DNA of 62,958 bases, filler included, from Guillardia theta CCMP2712 (GCF_000315625.1; 5 parts of 4 records of this genome joined end to end with filler, not necessarily neighbours in it), one strand, 5' to 3'. Positions 25,228-38,830 are shown, counted from the first letter of the whole stretch. The notes: generated by a model from the letters alone, not told the origin. Made by a program: numbers and translations.

Positions 25228-26320
25228 ATGCGGGCTGCGCTGGCGGCCGCAGCGGTCGTCGCGCTATGCTTGGTGATGGCGAGGGAGGTCAGACAGGTGA
25301 TATGAGGACATGATGAGATGATATGTATGTCGAGGTGTGTGTGCTGCTTGTGGGAGATGATCGAGAAAGATTCCTGTCCTGCCATCATGACTTGGTCCTC
25401 GACTCTCCTGATTGTCCTCTTACTGACTTGGAAACTCGTTGCTCATCTGTTGATCTTTACAGGGCCCTTCGTCCTCCCGCCATGCCGCCAGCAAGCAAGT
25501 TGTGCTGATGGAGGACATTGAATACGTCCCGGTGACGTGACACCTTATGATATGCCGTCCTCACTCTGTTGAGCCAGGTTCGTGTTCCCAGTGACCGTTT
25601 CAAGGGAGCCCGGTTGATGAGTTTGTCCAACATCATCGAGCCTGGGTGAGCAAGAGATCTGATCTTTGTGCGACCCTCTGACTTCTCCCCCCCCTTACCT
25701 CTTACCTCTCCTGTCCTGTCCTCCCCTTCCTACTCTCCCCGCTCCTCTCTCCTCGCCCTTCCTGCTCTTCGACCTCGCTTGTTTCTTCAGAATGTTGACC
25801 ATCAACCCGGGATCGAGCACAGGACTTGGTTCAGTCTCTGTACGTCCTGTTCTCTCGCAGCATCCCTCCGCTGATCCCTTCGCCAGGGCGAGCAGGGGAA
25901 ATGCTTCGCAGACATCTCGTGTGGGACAGATTGTGGCAACTGCCCTCAGTGAGTACTGATGTTGACATGTGCCCCTTGACAAGTCGATCGACTTGACTCA
26001 CTCCCTCCTTCCTCAGTTGTCACTGCCTGATGGGAGACGGCCGGGAAGTTGCGTGCGCGTTCGGCAAGTGCAGGTGGAGTGGAAGGAGCGGAACAGGAGG
26101 GGGGCGGTTGACGCAGCGGTTGCAGCTGCGTTGCCCACTGCAAGTGCGCAGCCACGTCGGAGTGCCCGATGGCCTGTGGGACGGATTACTCGCCTGATCT
26201 CTGCGGACAGACGATCTGTCGAGCAGGTTGGAGAGGGGGAGGGAGCTGGGGAGGGAGCTGGGATGGTTTGCTGACTGTGAGATGAAGGGAAATGTTACGA
26301 AGCCTTTAACCTACCGATGA
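25228..26320 (+). CDS. Secreted cysteine-rich protein, 152 aa, 9 exons
   Basis: Exons 25228-25287, 25463-25531, 25578-25645, 25791-25839, 25887-25948, 26017-26073, 26117-26155, 26211-26226 and 26282-26320 are all GT-AG and phase-compatible; signal peptide MRAALAAAAVVALCLVMA; 12-Cys domain. Confidence 0.8.
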
Positions 26321-26356
26321 GTGTGAGTTGAGCGACAGAAGAATTTCCCATGCTCT

Positions 26357-26494
26357 GTCTTCCCTTCCTGTCTTCCCTTCCTGTCTTCCCTTACTGTCCG
26401 CCCTTACTGTCTTCCCTTACTGCCCTTACTGTCTTCCCTTACTGTCTTCCCTTACTGCCCTTACTGTCTTCCCTTACTGTCTTCCCTTACTGCC
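26357..26494 (+). repeat. Minisatellite of 13-bp (CCCTTACTGTCTT) and 9-bp (CCCTTACTG) units
   Basis: Tandem array between convergent gene ends. Confidence 0.9.
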
Positions 26495-27316
26495 CGGCCT
26501 CCCTGTTGGTCCCTTCCTCTCTCCCTTCCCCTTCATCCTTGTCGAGTATCTTCTCCCCTCGCCGCACATGGCGTACACCCACTTGTCTTCTGGCATCCTT
26601 TCCTCCCAGCTCACTTCTCTCCCCGCACGGAACTTGCTCTTTGAGGCTTGTGCGACGTGTCTCCGTCATTGAGCCATCCCAGGACCCCGAGTGGCGAATC
26701 CGCAAAGCATGATCGCAAGGGAAGAGCTTGTTGGCGAGGACGGCCTGTAGGACTGTAAAGTATCTTTTGGATTTTTCTCTGCAGGCTCAATGACTTGGAC
26801 GACTGTCAAAGAGTTTTGCTTCTCATATTTGATTCACTTTGTTATGATGACAAGGTAGATAGACAGACATTCCCCCAACCCCTCCTCAACCTCACTCCTC
26901 ACCATCGTCTTGACGGCTGTGCTGAGAAAGGCCGAGACGGAAGTTTGCGGTTGGTAGAGACTTCGCTGATGTTGGCTCTACACTCCCGGTCAGTCCTAGC
27001 CTCCTCCTACCTCCCTCCATGGAACTTCTCTCTTGCTCTCCTTTTCACCACCTTCCTCCCCTCCCCTTCCTCCTCCTCTACCCCTCTCCATCTGCTCCAC
27101 AGCGCATGGTTCTGATCATCCTCTTCCCTGTCCCTCCCTACTTCACCTGCGGATCGTCTTCCACGTCACCAGCGGTTGGATCTGCTTCGAGTCGACATGC
27201 AGCGTGTCCACTGAGATCTTGTCGGTCTTGGACGCGGCCATGGCGGACAGAGGGCGAGGAGGGAACCTCTTCTTGTCATGGAATGACCTGTAAACCTTCA
27301 GCATCTCCCCTTCTCT

Positions 27317-27375
<59 letters not shown>

Positions 27376-29868
27376 CTCCTGTTCGCTTTTCTCCTCTCGT
27401 CCACCTCACGTCGTCATCTCTTCTCACCACAGCGCTCTCCATTGTATGTCGTGCCTGTGTTGATTTGTGCCCATGCTCGACTTCGCCCCCTCCCTCCCCG
27501 GATCTGCAGAGTCTCAGCTTGCAACTTCCTCCCCATCCCTTCGTCACCTTCAGTAGTCGCCTGGAAGCTCGTATGGGCCATCGCGCTCTGTGCCAAAGTG
27601 AGTTCTATCTCCTCTCTCTCCTCCTCCTCACTCCTCCTCCTCACTCCCTCTCCGTCCCTCCCTCCTCTCCCTCCCTCCCCTCCATCCCTTCATCGGTTTC
27701 TGCTCTCCTCCTTCCCTCCTCCTCGTCACTCCCTCTCCATCCCTCCCTCCCTCCCCTCTTCTCCCTCCCTCCCTCCCCTCCCTTCATCGGTTTCTGCTCT
27801 CCTCCTGCCTTCCCCTTCCTCCTCTCCATCCTCATGGGACCCTCACCCTGGGTCGCGCTCTCATCCCGCTCGGCTGGGAGGAGGAGAACAAGTCTGGAGT
27901 GCGGGAGGAGCGGAAGGCGATGAGAGCTTCCTGTGGTTGAAGTTCCTCCTTCTCCCTCTGCTGGAGCCTCTTCTGGAGTAGGAAGGAAGCACCGAGGTTG
28001 ATCGAGGATTCGCAAGTCTGCGGGCAAGTGAGGGAGAGGAGGAGAGATGGGGAACGAGGGACGATGGAAGAGGCGACGAAAGAGGGAAGAGGCGGCCAGG
28101 CAGAGAGGAGCAGAGGCAGGATGGCATGGTTGGGAGAAGGAGATGGGAAGGGATCGGGTGGAAAGTTAGCAGATGAAGGAGGGAGTAGGAGAGAAGAAGA
28201 GGAGAAGGGAGAGGAGAAAAGGAAAATGGGGGGGGGAGTGAAGAATGGAGGAAGGGATGAAAAAGATCACATCGTGAAGGAGCTGTTTGAGGTCTGCCAG
28301 CCTGACAATGCCTGTTGTTGTATTGAAGAGAGACAGCAGATGCCCCGTGCAGTCTTTGATTTCCTTGTCAACCAGGTCCTAAAGTAAAAGAGGAACGATG
28401 AAAGAAGTCCAGGAGGAGGAGGAGGAGAAGGAGGAGGAAGGGAGGAGGAGGAGGAGAAGGAGGAGGAGCAAGTCAGTGGAGCTGAACGAGACAGATCCCA
28501 GCTTGCATCAGGCAGCAGCACCTTGTGTTTGAGCGAGAGAATGTAGGAGATCTTTCTCTCTAGGTTCCGCTCGTCGAATGGTCGATGGGATGAAGAGTTG
28601 CTCAGCTTCGGCTGACCGGCCTGCTCGGAGCGAGAATTCATCTCCTGCTCTCCAAGCTCCTCCTCCTCCTCCTCCAGCTTTGACAACTCCTCCTGCTCAT
28701 CAGCTCAATCTCTCCATCGCAACACCTTGTCCTCCTCGTACCTCCACCTGTGCCATGGAGCTGCTTCCTACCGCCCCTTCCTCGTCCTCGAGGTCAGCGA
28801 TGAGGGAGGACAGAATCTCCGTCTCCTCCTTGGAGTCGTCGATCTTCAACGCTCTCCTGCCACCGCCCTTGTGCCTTCCTGTCGACCAGGAGCTTGAGGG
28901 ATTGCTCCCACTCCTTCTCTCTCCCAGCTGGTTCCTCACGCTAGTCCCCGTGCTCTGCCTGCTCGCCCTGCTGCTCTCCACGGCTCCGTCGCCCTGCCAA
29001 CTCAGCGTCACCTGAAGGGTCAGACATTGCCATAATCGCACAGGATGCGAAGCATTCAAGGAGGAAGAGGAGGCGGCCTTGAGCTGCTCGACCAGGCTTG
29101 CCTTCTCGCTCATCAGATGCTCCAGCTTCATCCTCAGCTCGTTAGTCTTCCCGGCCTGCGAGCTCAGCGTCTCCTCCAGAAGCCTGATGTTCATCTTCGC
29201 CTCCTTCAGCTCGTCCTTGGTCCTCATCAGCTGCTCCATCAGCCAGCTCGCAGAGAATTTCTTCCCTCCTTCTCCCGCCATGCTCGCTTCCTTCCCTGAC
29301 TTTCCCTTCCTCAACTCCAACGAGAAGTCCTTCGCCTCGTCCCTGTGCATGGCGGACTGGGCGAGCTCGAGCTCCTCTATCTTTTGCGCCACTGCTCCTG
29401 CAGGAACTTGATGTGCCGCTGCTTGTCATCGTGCGCTCGGTCCAGCTCGTTCTTCAGCAGCTCCTCTTTGAACGCCATCCTCTGCGCCAGGTTCGAGCTG
29501 CTGCTCTCCAGCTTCTCCTGGTTCTCACATTCCACTCTCTTCAGCTTCAGCTCGGATTTCAGCCTTGAGATTTGAATTTCTGACTGAGCTATCCGGTCGT
29601 GCAGCTCGAATTCCCGCTGCTCTGCCTCGGACTTGAGCAAGTCTACCTCGAGCTGGTGCTTTTCTTCCATCCTCTTCAGATCCTCGTGGAGCTTCTGTTC
29701 CGAGACTGACTTCGCTTGCAGGAGCAGCACAAGTGACTCCATGTTCTCCTGCGCCAGCTCTCTCCGCACCCGAAGCTCTTCTGACGCCTTTTCAGCCTTG
29801 GTGCTGAACGCTGCAGAAAACGCTCCCTTCATCCTTTTCACGGACCTTACAGCATGCACCCTGCGCAA
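26487..29868 (-). CDS. Hypothetical coiled-coil protein, multi-exon
   Basis: ORFs 29377-29868 and 28700-29392 are heptad-like E/K/L/Q-rich; further exons down to ~26.5 kb. No family recognised; ends uncertain. Confidence 0.55.
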
Positions 29869-30787
29869 AAGTCAAAGTCGAAGACATGTATCCTAATGAA
29901 TGTTTTTGATCCTACTCGCTCGTTAGCTTGTAGCAAGTCATCTCTTGTCTTTCCAATGTTACTCCATGACTTTACCTCGAAAATGCATGCCAACTATCGT
30001 CTAGCCTGTCTTGCACTTGATCTCTATGATCGGAGCTTGCTACCCTTGTCACCACGACTTCGTATGGAACCCCTGACATCTCGTTGCTCTCCTGATCCCA
30101 GATCCTCTCCTCCCTCCTCTCATTGAACCTGGGCTCTTGCAAAGAGCCCCAACCTACACCACCCCCCCAGAATTGACGTAGCTATCCTATTCCTATCAGC
30201 TGCATCCTACTCCGCCATCCCTCGCAGAGCATCTTTCACATTGTCGTTCCTTGTCTCTCTGCATCTTCCTCGCGCTCGTCTGGTCCTCCCCTCCCATCGT
30301 GCCCTCCCTCCTTCATTGTCCGAAAGCATTATTCTGAAAGTGTTCGCCCGTTGAATTTACCCTCATCCCCTTCTTTCCCCCCATCATCTCCCTCATACCT
30401 TTGACCACATCCCCTCTCGCACCCCAACGGAAAAAGTAACTGTCGATCAACGGTCATGGCGGGATGCGGAGATGGGGGGAGCGGATGAGCAGCTGAAAGG
30501 CAAGCGGAGAGGAAGAGAGGAGAAGGAGAAGGAGAGGAAAGCGGGAAGGGGAGGAGGAGGGAAGCAGCTGGAGAACCAGGGCGAGAGACGGAGAGATAGA
30601 GAGACAGAGAGCTTGTGAGGGGTCCATAGCAGGGAGAGGAATCCTGCAGAGGTCGGAGGGACCTCGCCGGCAGAGGCCATCAGCTGGTCTGACAGCTCGT
30701 CGTTGAAGCGAAGGAGACAGGTAGCTGAGCGAATCCTCGTCTCGTTTCTTCTCAATTACATCTGACTGCCATGTTCATACAGAGCGC

Positions 30788-32040
30788 ATGTCTTCGACAA
30801 TATCCAAGAAATCCAAGGGGGTGAAGGGAGGGGACAAAGGAGTCTCCTCCTCTTCTATGTCCTCTTCTTCGAATTTAGCTTCCAAGGCATCCATGGCAAG
30901 ACACCGAAGCACCAGACAGACGGGCATGAGCTCGAGAAGATCAGGCATGTCGGCGAGTCAGGTCATAAATAACTCAAAGCACCCCTTACCTCTTACATTG
31001 CCACGTGGTAGGTCGGAGAGAGGACGCACAGCCTGGTTGTTCGCGATCCTGAGACAGGAGCAGACGTCACGCCCGCCAGCCTTCTGGAGTCAGACGCATC
31101 TCCCATGCAGCAAGTTCCCTCGGGGAGCCTGTCCGGCCCAGGGAGCCAGCATAGCTCGGACAAGTTCGATATGGATAGCATGTCTTCAGCTGGTTTTAGC
31201 CGATCGGGATGGAGCAGCCAGGGGACGTCGACGCCCGTGAACGAGGAGCAGGATGAGGTGCCGGTGCGAGACGAGATGGAGGAGAAGGGGAGCCACCCGA
31301 TCGTAGAGGAGAAGAAAGAGCCGCTAGTCCTGCTGGCCTCCGACGAGCCTCCCAAACCGGCTGATCTTGAGAAGGACGCGACGATCTTCCTGTCAGAGAC
31401 TGAGACCTTCTTTCTCTTCGAGATCCCCTCCAGCTGCGTGGCTGACGACGATCCCCAGCTGGAGGCCGTGAAGGAGGTCAACGCTAAGTACCAGGAGCTG
31501 GTCAAGTCCAAGGCAGGGCAGGACAAGTACAGCGATAGAGCCATGCAGACTCTGAACATGGCGTTGAAGAATAAGGACGCGCAGGCGACTCCTGCTACCA
31601 CGGTCAGCGTTGGAGTGGACGTGACGAACTACGAGATTCATGACGCGATCCTGGCGCTGGAGGACAAGACGGAGGAGGAGGACGAAGAGATCATGCGCTC
31701 AATGGCGAGCAATAGCAAGGGAGCGAACAGCTCGGACGGTCTGAGCGCGATTGACGCTCTGTTAGGAGGGAACTCAGATATGTCGAGAGAGGAAGAGAGG
31801 ATAATGTCGTCGAAGAGCTTCAAAGACTCGCTCATGTCGTTGGAGAGGATTGTTATGCAGAATTTGTACCACGAGAGGCAGCTCAAGTATCGGAACCTGC
31901 TGCCCCCGGAGGTCCCCAAGGCCGAGGAGGAAGGGGAGGAGGAGGTTGTACGGGACTCCTTGCTGGGACCCTCGTTTGACGTGCGCCTGCAGAGGAAGAA
32001 GCTCGAGTTCCTTTGGTGCTTCGAGTGTGAGCTGAGCAGG
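30788..32040 (+). CDS. DNAI4: Axonemal dynein intermediate chain WDR78/DNAI4 (IC138-like), N-terminal half only
   Basis: GADVTP, IFLSETETFFLFEIPS, VNAKYQELVKSKAGQDKYSDRAMQTLN, SLERIVMQNLYHERQLKYR and LEFLWCFEC match the WDR78 N-terminal region; WD40 repeats are lost at the contig linker. Confidence 0.85.
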
Positions 32041-32153
32041 TGAAGTGGAAAGATGCCGATCGCAATGGTGGTGGTGGCAATCATGTTGATGATGATTGAG
32101 CCGATTGAAATGATGATGATGGTGATGATGATGATGATGACGATGACGATGAC

Positions 32154-32185
<32 letters not shown>

Positions 32186-32273
32186 CGACGACGACGACGA
32201 CGACGATATGATGATGGAGATGATTGAATTATGATGATGATGATGAATAAGATGATGTAGTAGTGGTGGTGGT

Positions 32274-32373
32274 NNNNNNNNNNNNNNNNNNNNNNNNNNN
32301 NNNNNNNNNNNNNNNNNTTAATTAATTAANNNNNNNNNNNNNNNNNNNNNNNNNNNNNNNNNNNNNNNNNNNN
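32274..32373. other. Artificial contig linker N44-TTAATTAATTAA-N44
   Basis: Linker 12-mer at 32318-32329. Confidence 0.95.
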
Positions 32374-32529
32374 GGGCCTTCCACGGCTCCTCCTCCTCCT
32401 CCTCCATCCATCCATCCTCCTCCTCCTCCTCCTCCTCCTCCTCGTGCCATCATCACCGGCAGACCTTTTCTCCCCTCACCCTAACTGCCTCTTCCTCCAC
32501 CTCCTTCCGCCTCCTCACCTGGCACTGAG

Positions 32530-33300
32530 CCGTCACGTTTCCCTCCAAGGCTTCGGCATGGACCCGAGCGCCTTCCCTGCAGCAGATCAGAAGCAGACGG
32601 GGGACGAGGACCAGGAGTTAGTGGTGGTGTCAGTAGTGACGGAAGAGGAGGGAGGGAGGGAGGGAGGGAGGGAGGGAGGGAGGGAGGGAGGGAGAGGGAG
32701 GAGGAGGAGGAGGAGTGAACGGACTGCTTCGATAGTCTCAGGGGCTCAGGGTTTTGATCAGCCGGCATGTCGTCAAATCTTCGCAGGAGGGAGTCGTCTT
32801 CTGCAGAGGAATTCCTCCCCTGCTTCTCCTCCTCCTCCTCCTCCTCCCACTCCTCCTCTCGCTTCTTGTCGCCCTCGCTGCCTTCAGCTCGAGCTCGACG
32901 CTGGCGGTTGAGCTGAGCAGGGATGAGAGAAGCTGGTGTCTTCGCCTCCTCTTACCTGCCACAGAGCCTTCTTGGCTGTTTCTCCGCCGCCTCCTTCCTC
33001 CTACTGGACCCCCTCAAAGGTCTGCGAGCAACAGCCACGTCCTTCACCTTGTATGTCCACTTGCTGCTGCGTCGATCCGTCCTCGAGACGAACCTCCTCC
33101 TCCATCCCATGCCTGATCCAGTCACCTCTCCTCTCCCCCTTGCTGCCTCGCACGTACCATACTGCTCGATCTCTTCAATGCCGTCTCCTTCCCATCCCTC
33201 TTCCTTCCGCCGCTTTCGCTTGTTCTGCGTCGCCAGCATCTCACCCTCAGCCGCGTTCTTCGCCCACCTCACCTTCCCCTGCGGCCCTCCGCCCTTCAGC
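32530..33300 (-). CDS. Possible hypothetical basic protein, fragmentary
   Basis: Exon-like MLATQNKRKRRKEEGWEGDGIEEIEQY followed by a GT donor and more exon-like islands; divergent from OLA1. Confidence 0.3.
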
Positions 33301-34064
33301 TCAAGCAGAGAGACGCTGGGGTTTGACGATCCTGATGGGAGAGAAGGACAGCAAGAGGGGGACGGGAATGAGAACGAGGGCCCTGCTGTCCTCCGATAGA
33401 GGAGGAGAGGAGGAGCAACGAGAACAAGTAGAGCTTCACATGAGCTCTGCTGCTCAGCCACTCAAACGATTCTGATCCTGCCATTTCTCTTGCCTTCTTC
33501 CTCTCGTTGAATCTCCTACTCCTCCACGTGCTATCTCCGTCTCTCTCCCCGCTCCTCCTTGACTCTTCTCTCTCCTCCCTCACTCTTCTCTTCCTCCCTC
33601 CCTTCTCGTTTCATCCTTCTCCTGCCATCACGACCGGCTTCATTGCAAACCAGAGGCGGGCCATCCCCTAACTCATGGCATGCGGGGGATGATTGCAAAG
33701 TAACCGCCGATAACGACAAGAACACGTGAGCAAATGGCGAAAGAAAATGGAGGATGGAGAGAGGGGAAGGAGGCGACAGAAGGGAGGAGGAGGAGATGGT
33801 TGAGAAGGGAGAAGAGCGAGTGACGAGGAGGGGACAGGAGGAGGAACAGGAGGAGGAACAGGAGGAGGAACAGGAGGAGGAACAGGAGGAGGACCAGGAG
33901 GAGGAACAGGAGGAGGACCAGGAGGAGGAACAGGAGGAGGAACAGGAGGAGGAACAGGAGGAGGAACAGGAGGAGGAACAGGAGGGGAGGCGGGGGCTGA
34001 GTATAGGCGCGCTCGATGTGACATGCTCTAATTTTTCACTTGGAAGGACTTTGACAGCATTGTA

Positions 34065-34571
34065 ATGCCCCCAAAGAAGGTGCGGACAAGCTCTGACTTG
34101 TCTTCGCTTCTGCTTTTCTCTCACGCATGCGGCAGGAAGAGACGACGGAAAGGTTGGGAGCTTGGGCTCTCGGTCGCTTCTCCAACAGGCTCAAGGTTGG
34201 GATCGTCGGGCTGCCTAACGTGGGCAAGTCGACGCTCTACAACACCCTCACCAAATGTGCCATCCCCGCCGAGAACTTTCCTTTCTGCACCATCGACCCC
34301 AACGAGGTCTCGTTTCGCCGCACGCCTCTACCCCATCCCTTCCTCCTCCTCTCCTCCCTCCTCCCTCCTCCCTCCCCCCCCCCCCCAATCTTCTTCCCCA
34401 TGCACATGTCTGATGCTCATCATCACTGCCTGACCCTCCTCGTCTCTTGGCAGACTCGCGTCAACGTGCCGGATGAAAGATTTGACTGGTTGGTGAAGAC
34501 CTACACCCCCCAAGGTTTCTCCATCGCCTCCTCCTCCTCCTCCTCCTCCTCCTCCTCCTCCTCCTTTTCAT

Positions 34572-34603
<32 letters not shown>

Positions 34604-34707
34604 TCATCATCATCATCATCATCACCACCACCACCACCACCACCACCACCACCACCACCACCACCACCACCACCACCACCATCATCATCACCATCATCAT
34701 CATCACC

Positions 34708-34741
<34 letters not shown>

Positions 34742-36497
34742 TCATCATCACTATCCTCCTCCTCCCTCCTCCTAAATCTTTCGTTCTCCTAACCTCCTTC
34801 CACTACCTTCCCCCCCCCTTCACTTCCATCCTCTCCTCCTTCTGCTGTGCCTGTTCTTGCTCTCTTCTCTGTTCTCTCTACTAGTCTCTGGCTCCTGTCA
34901 GCTCCTGACTCTCACTGTAAGAGCATCGTCCACCCTTGGCTTGAAATCTGCGACATTGCCGGGTAAAGTCTCCTCCTCTCTCGCCCTGCGCCTCCTCCCA
35001 TCTCACTCTCCGTTCTCTGCTCATCTTATCTCCACCCCCCGTCCCCCCTCTTCACTCCTTCCTCCTCCTCCTCTCCTCACCTTGTGTCAGGCTCGTCAAG
35101 GGAGCCGCGCAGGTTTTGCATGCTCGACTGCTCTTGCCGCCCGTGAGTCCTTGCAGGGGGCAGGGCTCGGCAACGCTTTCCTCTCGCACATCCGAGCTGT
35201 CGACGGCATCATGCACGTGCTGCGCGCCTTCGAAGATCCAGGTGAAGGAGAGAGGAAGTAGCGATGTAGGAGGAGGAGGAGGAGCAGCAACAGCAGCAGC
35301 AGGATTAGCTGTTGCTGCTGGCGGGAAAACTCACAAGGTCGCAGATATTGTGCACGTTGAGGACAAAGTTGATCCGATCCGCGATATTGAGATCATCACT
35401 GCAGAGCTGCGTGAGAAGGACAAGGTCCTCTTCCCTCCCCTTGCTCTCTACACTCTCACCTCCCCTCTGCTCCTCTCCCTCTCTTCTTGTTTGTTTCTTC
35501 TCATCACAGGCAACGAGCAGGAGTTTGTAGAGAGGAAGCTTGCAGACCTGATGAAGGACAAGGCCAAGTAAATGGGAAGGAGGAGGAGTGGGGTGGGGAG
35601 GAGGAGGACGAGGAGTGTGTGCGGGGAGAGTGTGAAGGTAGGGGAGGAGGTGCGGCATGACTAGGGGTCAGGGCGAACTCCAACGCGGCGACCAAGAAGG
35701 AGTGGCAGGCAGAAGTTGACACGGCAAACAAAGTGCTGCAGTGGCTCGCTGAAGGGAAGGAAGTCCGACTCGGTGTGGGAGTAGGCGACGCAGACTACTG
35801 GTAAGGGAAGAGGTGGAGAGGAGGAGCTGACCGGATCCGCCGCAGGACCACCAAGGACATTCAATTTCTCAATGACTGGATGCTCCTCACTGCCAAGCCG
35901 GTGAGCGATAGAGGAGGAGAGAAGGGACTCGAAGAGAAGAAGTAGAGGGAACAGTTGCGGTAGCGGAGGAGGAGGAGGAGGAGGAGGAGGAGGAGGAGGA
36001 GGAGAGGGTGAAGATGATCGCAGGCTCTTTTCTTGGTGAACTTAAGTGAGGAGGACTACAAGAGGTGAATTGACTCGTTGAATCCTCTCTTCACACCCCT
36101 ACAGGAAGAAGAACAAGTTCCTCAAGCCGATCCACGAGTAATTCTACACTCCCTCCCTCCCTCCCTCCCTCCCTCCCTCCTTCCCTCCCTCCCTCCCTCC
36201 CTCCCTCCCTCCCTCCATTCGTCTTTGCCTGATATTTCAACAGTTGGGTACAGTCGCACGGAGGAGGGACTATCATCCCCTACTCTGGTGAGACGAGCGA
36301 GGGGCTGCGGCGACTGAGCTGAGAGCAGGCGAGCTGGAGGCGAAGCTGCAGGACATGTCCGAAGAGGAAGCCGCTGCCTGTAAGGATGAGGAGGAGAGAA
36401 GGCGAGGAGGGGGAGAGATTTGACAGGGGTGGCAGACTCGAAGGAGAATGAAGTTCCATCCGCCCTTCCCAAGATCATCAAGACAGCCTTCGCCATG
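34065..36497 (+). CDS. OLA1: Obg-like ATPase 1 (OLA1/YchF); 3' end lost in N gap
   Basis: MPPKK...[15 protein letters not shown]...[26 protein letters not shown]...[27 protein letters not shown]...[15 protein letters not shown]...LLTAKP...[11 protein letters not shown]. Confidence 0.96.
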
Positions 36498-37149
36498 GTC
36501 TCTTCCCCTCAATCNNNNNNNNNNNNNNNNNNNNNNNNNNNNNNNNNNNNNNNNNNNNNNNNNNNNNNNNNNNNNNNNNNNNNNNNNNNNNNNNNNNNNN
36601 NNNNNNNNNNNNNNNNNNNNNNNNNNNNNNNNNNNNNNNNNNNNNNNNNNNNNNNNNNNNNNNNNNNNNNNNNNNNNNNNNNNNNNNNNNNNNNNNNNNN
36701 NNNNNNNNNNNNNNNNNNNNNNNNNNNNNNNNNNNNNNNNNNNNNNNNNNNNNNNNNNNNNNNNNNNNNNNNNNNNNNNNNNNNNNNNNNNNNNNNNNNN
36801 NNNNNNNNNNNNNNNNNNNNNNNNNNNNNNNNNNNNNNNNNNNNNNNNNNNNNNNNNNNNNNNNNNNNNNNNNNNNNNNNNNNNNNNNNNNNNNNNNNNN
36901 NNNNNNNNNNNNNNNNNNNNNNNNNNNNNNNNNNNNNNNNNNNNNNNNNNNNNNNNNNNNNNNNNNNNNNNNNNNNNNNNNNNNNNNNNNNNNNNNNNNN
37001 NNNNNNNNNNNNNNNNNNNNNNNNNNNNNNNNNNNNNNNNNAGTAGGAGTAAGAGAGACCAAGGAGCAAAGGGAGGCAGGCGGGAGAGAGGAGGAGAGCT
37101 GCTTCAGTGTGCTTTCGTCTTTCTAAACTTCGATATTGTTTTACTCAGC

Positions 37150-38141
37150 TCATGACGTCTCCTCCTAGCCTGTTTCTGCAGCGTCAACAGGCGCCTTCCC
37201 CCGTCTTCCTCTTCTTGCCCTCAGCTCACCTGTAGTATCGTTCCAGCTTCCTCCTCCTTCAATCTTCTGTCGGAGCTGCAGAGCAAGTCATACTAGCGTC
37301 TCATGCCTCCTACCCCTCCATCGCTCCCTCCCCTCCTTCCCCTCTCAGCGTCAGGTCGCACTTGCTTCTGCCTCTCCTCGCAGTCTTTCTCTTCTCACCG
37401 AGCGAAAGATCAAGTCCACCGAGCTCTTGTCCGTGTCGTGAGCTCCGATTCGCAGGTGGTACAACTTGAAGGCTCCCGTGTAGTAGTTGCCGACCAGCCC
37501 TGCGCAGCCTCAGCCTCCTGCCGCGTCCTCTCTGCCACACCCGTCTTGCTCCATCTCACGTTCCACGTCAGCCCATCCTCGAAGGGCTGCAGCAGCTCTC
37601 CCGGCCCATCGTCTCCCGCGATGCGAGGAGCTCCGAAGATGGCAGCAAACTGAGAGAGTGAGGGAGGGGAGGAGCAAACGCGAGCGAGCACCTGAGAGTA
37701 CTCGTCTACGTCCAGCGAGACCTGGCAGGAGCATCGTGAGCCGCTACAGCATGAAACAAGAGCTCTGGCTCACCACCATCCCTTTCCTTCCGTTCGTCCC
37801 GTCTACCTTGCCTATGTGCAAGAGATGAGAGGGGAACAAGAGAAAGGAGCGCTCACCATGCTTGTTGCTATGTTGCATCCTTGGCTCCTCAACCGCAAGA
37901 AAATTCCTCTGACATTGAAAAGGTCCCAGATACCTTGCTGCATGTGTGAGACTTGAAGATGATCTCTCCTACCTCCTCTTCTTCCCTCCCTTCCCTCCTC
38001 TTCTTCCCTCCCTTCCCTCCTCTTCTTCCCTCCCTTCCCTCCTCTTCTTCCCTCCCTTCCCTCCTCTTCTTCCCTCCCTTCCCTCCTCTTCTTCTCCCCT
38101 TCCTCCCAGCATTTCTCAACGCTCGAACAACCGGCATGTAA
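37150..38141 (-). CDS. Hypothetical multi-exon protein
   Basis: Exon-like segments FAAIFGAPRIAGDDGPGELLQPFEDGLTWN and GLVGNYYTGAFKLYHLRIGAHDTDKSSVDLIFRS near GT/AG sites; no family recognised. Confidence 0.35.
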
Positions 38142-38179
38142 CGGTTACAAGCATCTGCTGCAGCGGTTACGACCAACGG

Positions 38180-38830
38180 CTATCGAAGCCTTCGATTGAA
38201 AAACATTATGGTCTGAGGGGGGATGAGGTCAATCTTGTTGTCACGGACCTGATCCCATGTCCACCCCTTCTTCCCAGGATCACCCCACCTACCAATTTAA
38301 CCTCATAAGTAGGGGTACTGAGTTTTGTCTCCTCCGAACTTTTGGCCTGACCACCTGCGACTCTCAAACTCAGACCCCACCCCCCTGGTGATGACCCCTG
38401 TGTTCCTATCCACAACCACCCCACCTTCTCTTCCTGGGTTACCCACCCTTGATCTCAAGACCTGAGCCTCCTACCCCACCCCCTAAGTACGTTTTTAATA
38501 GATATCACATGACCACCACCCCACCCCCGTTCCTCATGTCAAATGAGGGGTGGGGTGGTAAACGAGAGAGGGTCATGTGAACTAGGAATGATCGTATGCT
38601 CCACCCCCACCCTCATCAGGTTCGAAGACTACCCCACCCTATCAACACTCCAGTGACCGGCGGAAGAGAAGTCAAATATTGGACCCCACCACCTCTTAGA
38701 TATGAAAAGTACCCACCCTCATGAGGTACATACCAACGGTGTTCCGCAACTTATTCCGAGTACCCCACATTGATACTACCCCACCCCCTCAGTTAGCACT
38801 AAAGCTCCTGGACATGAGGCCCCTATCCCT
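38180..38830. promoter_or_regulatory. ACCCC/GGGGT-rich divergent intergenic block
   Basis: Dense ACCCC(AC) motifs; CCTCAT-n5-ATGAGG at 38532-38548, shared with 15781-15798. Confidence 0.4.

Noticed and set aside
36420-37155. ORFs of ~200 aa across the gap
   Set aside because: Almost entirely N-derived X residues.
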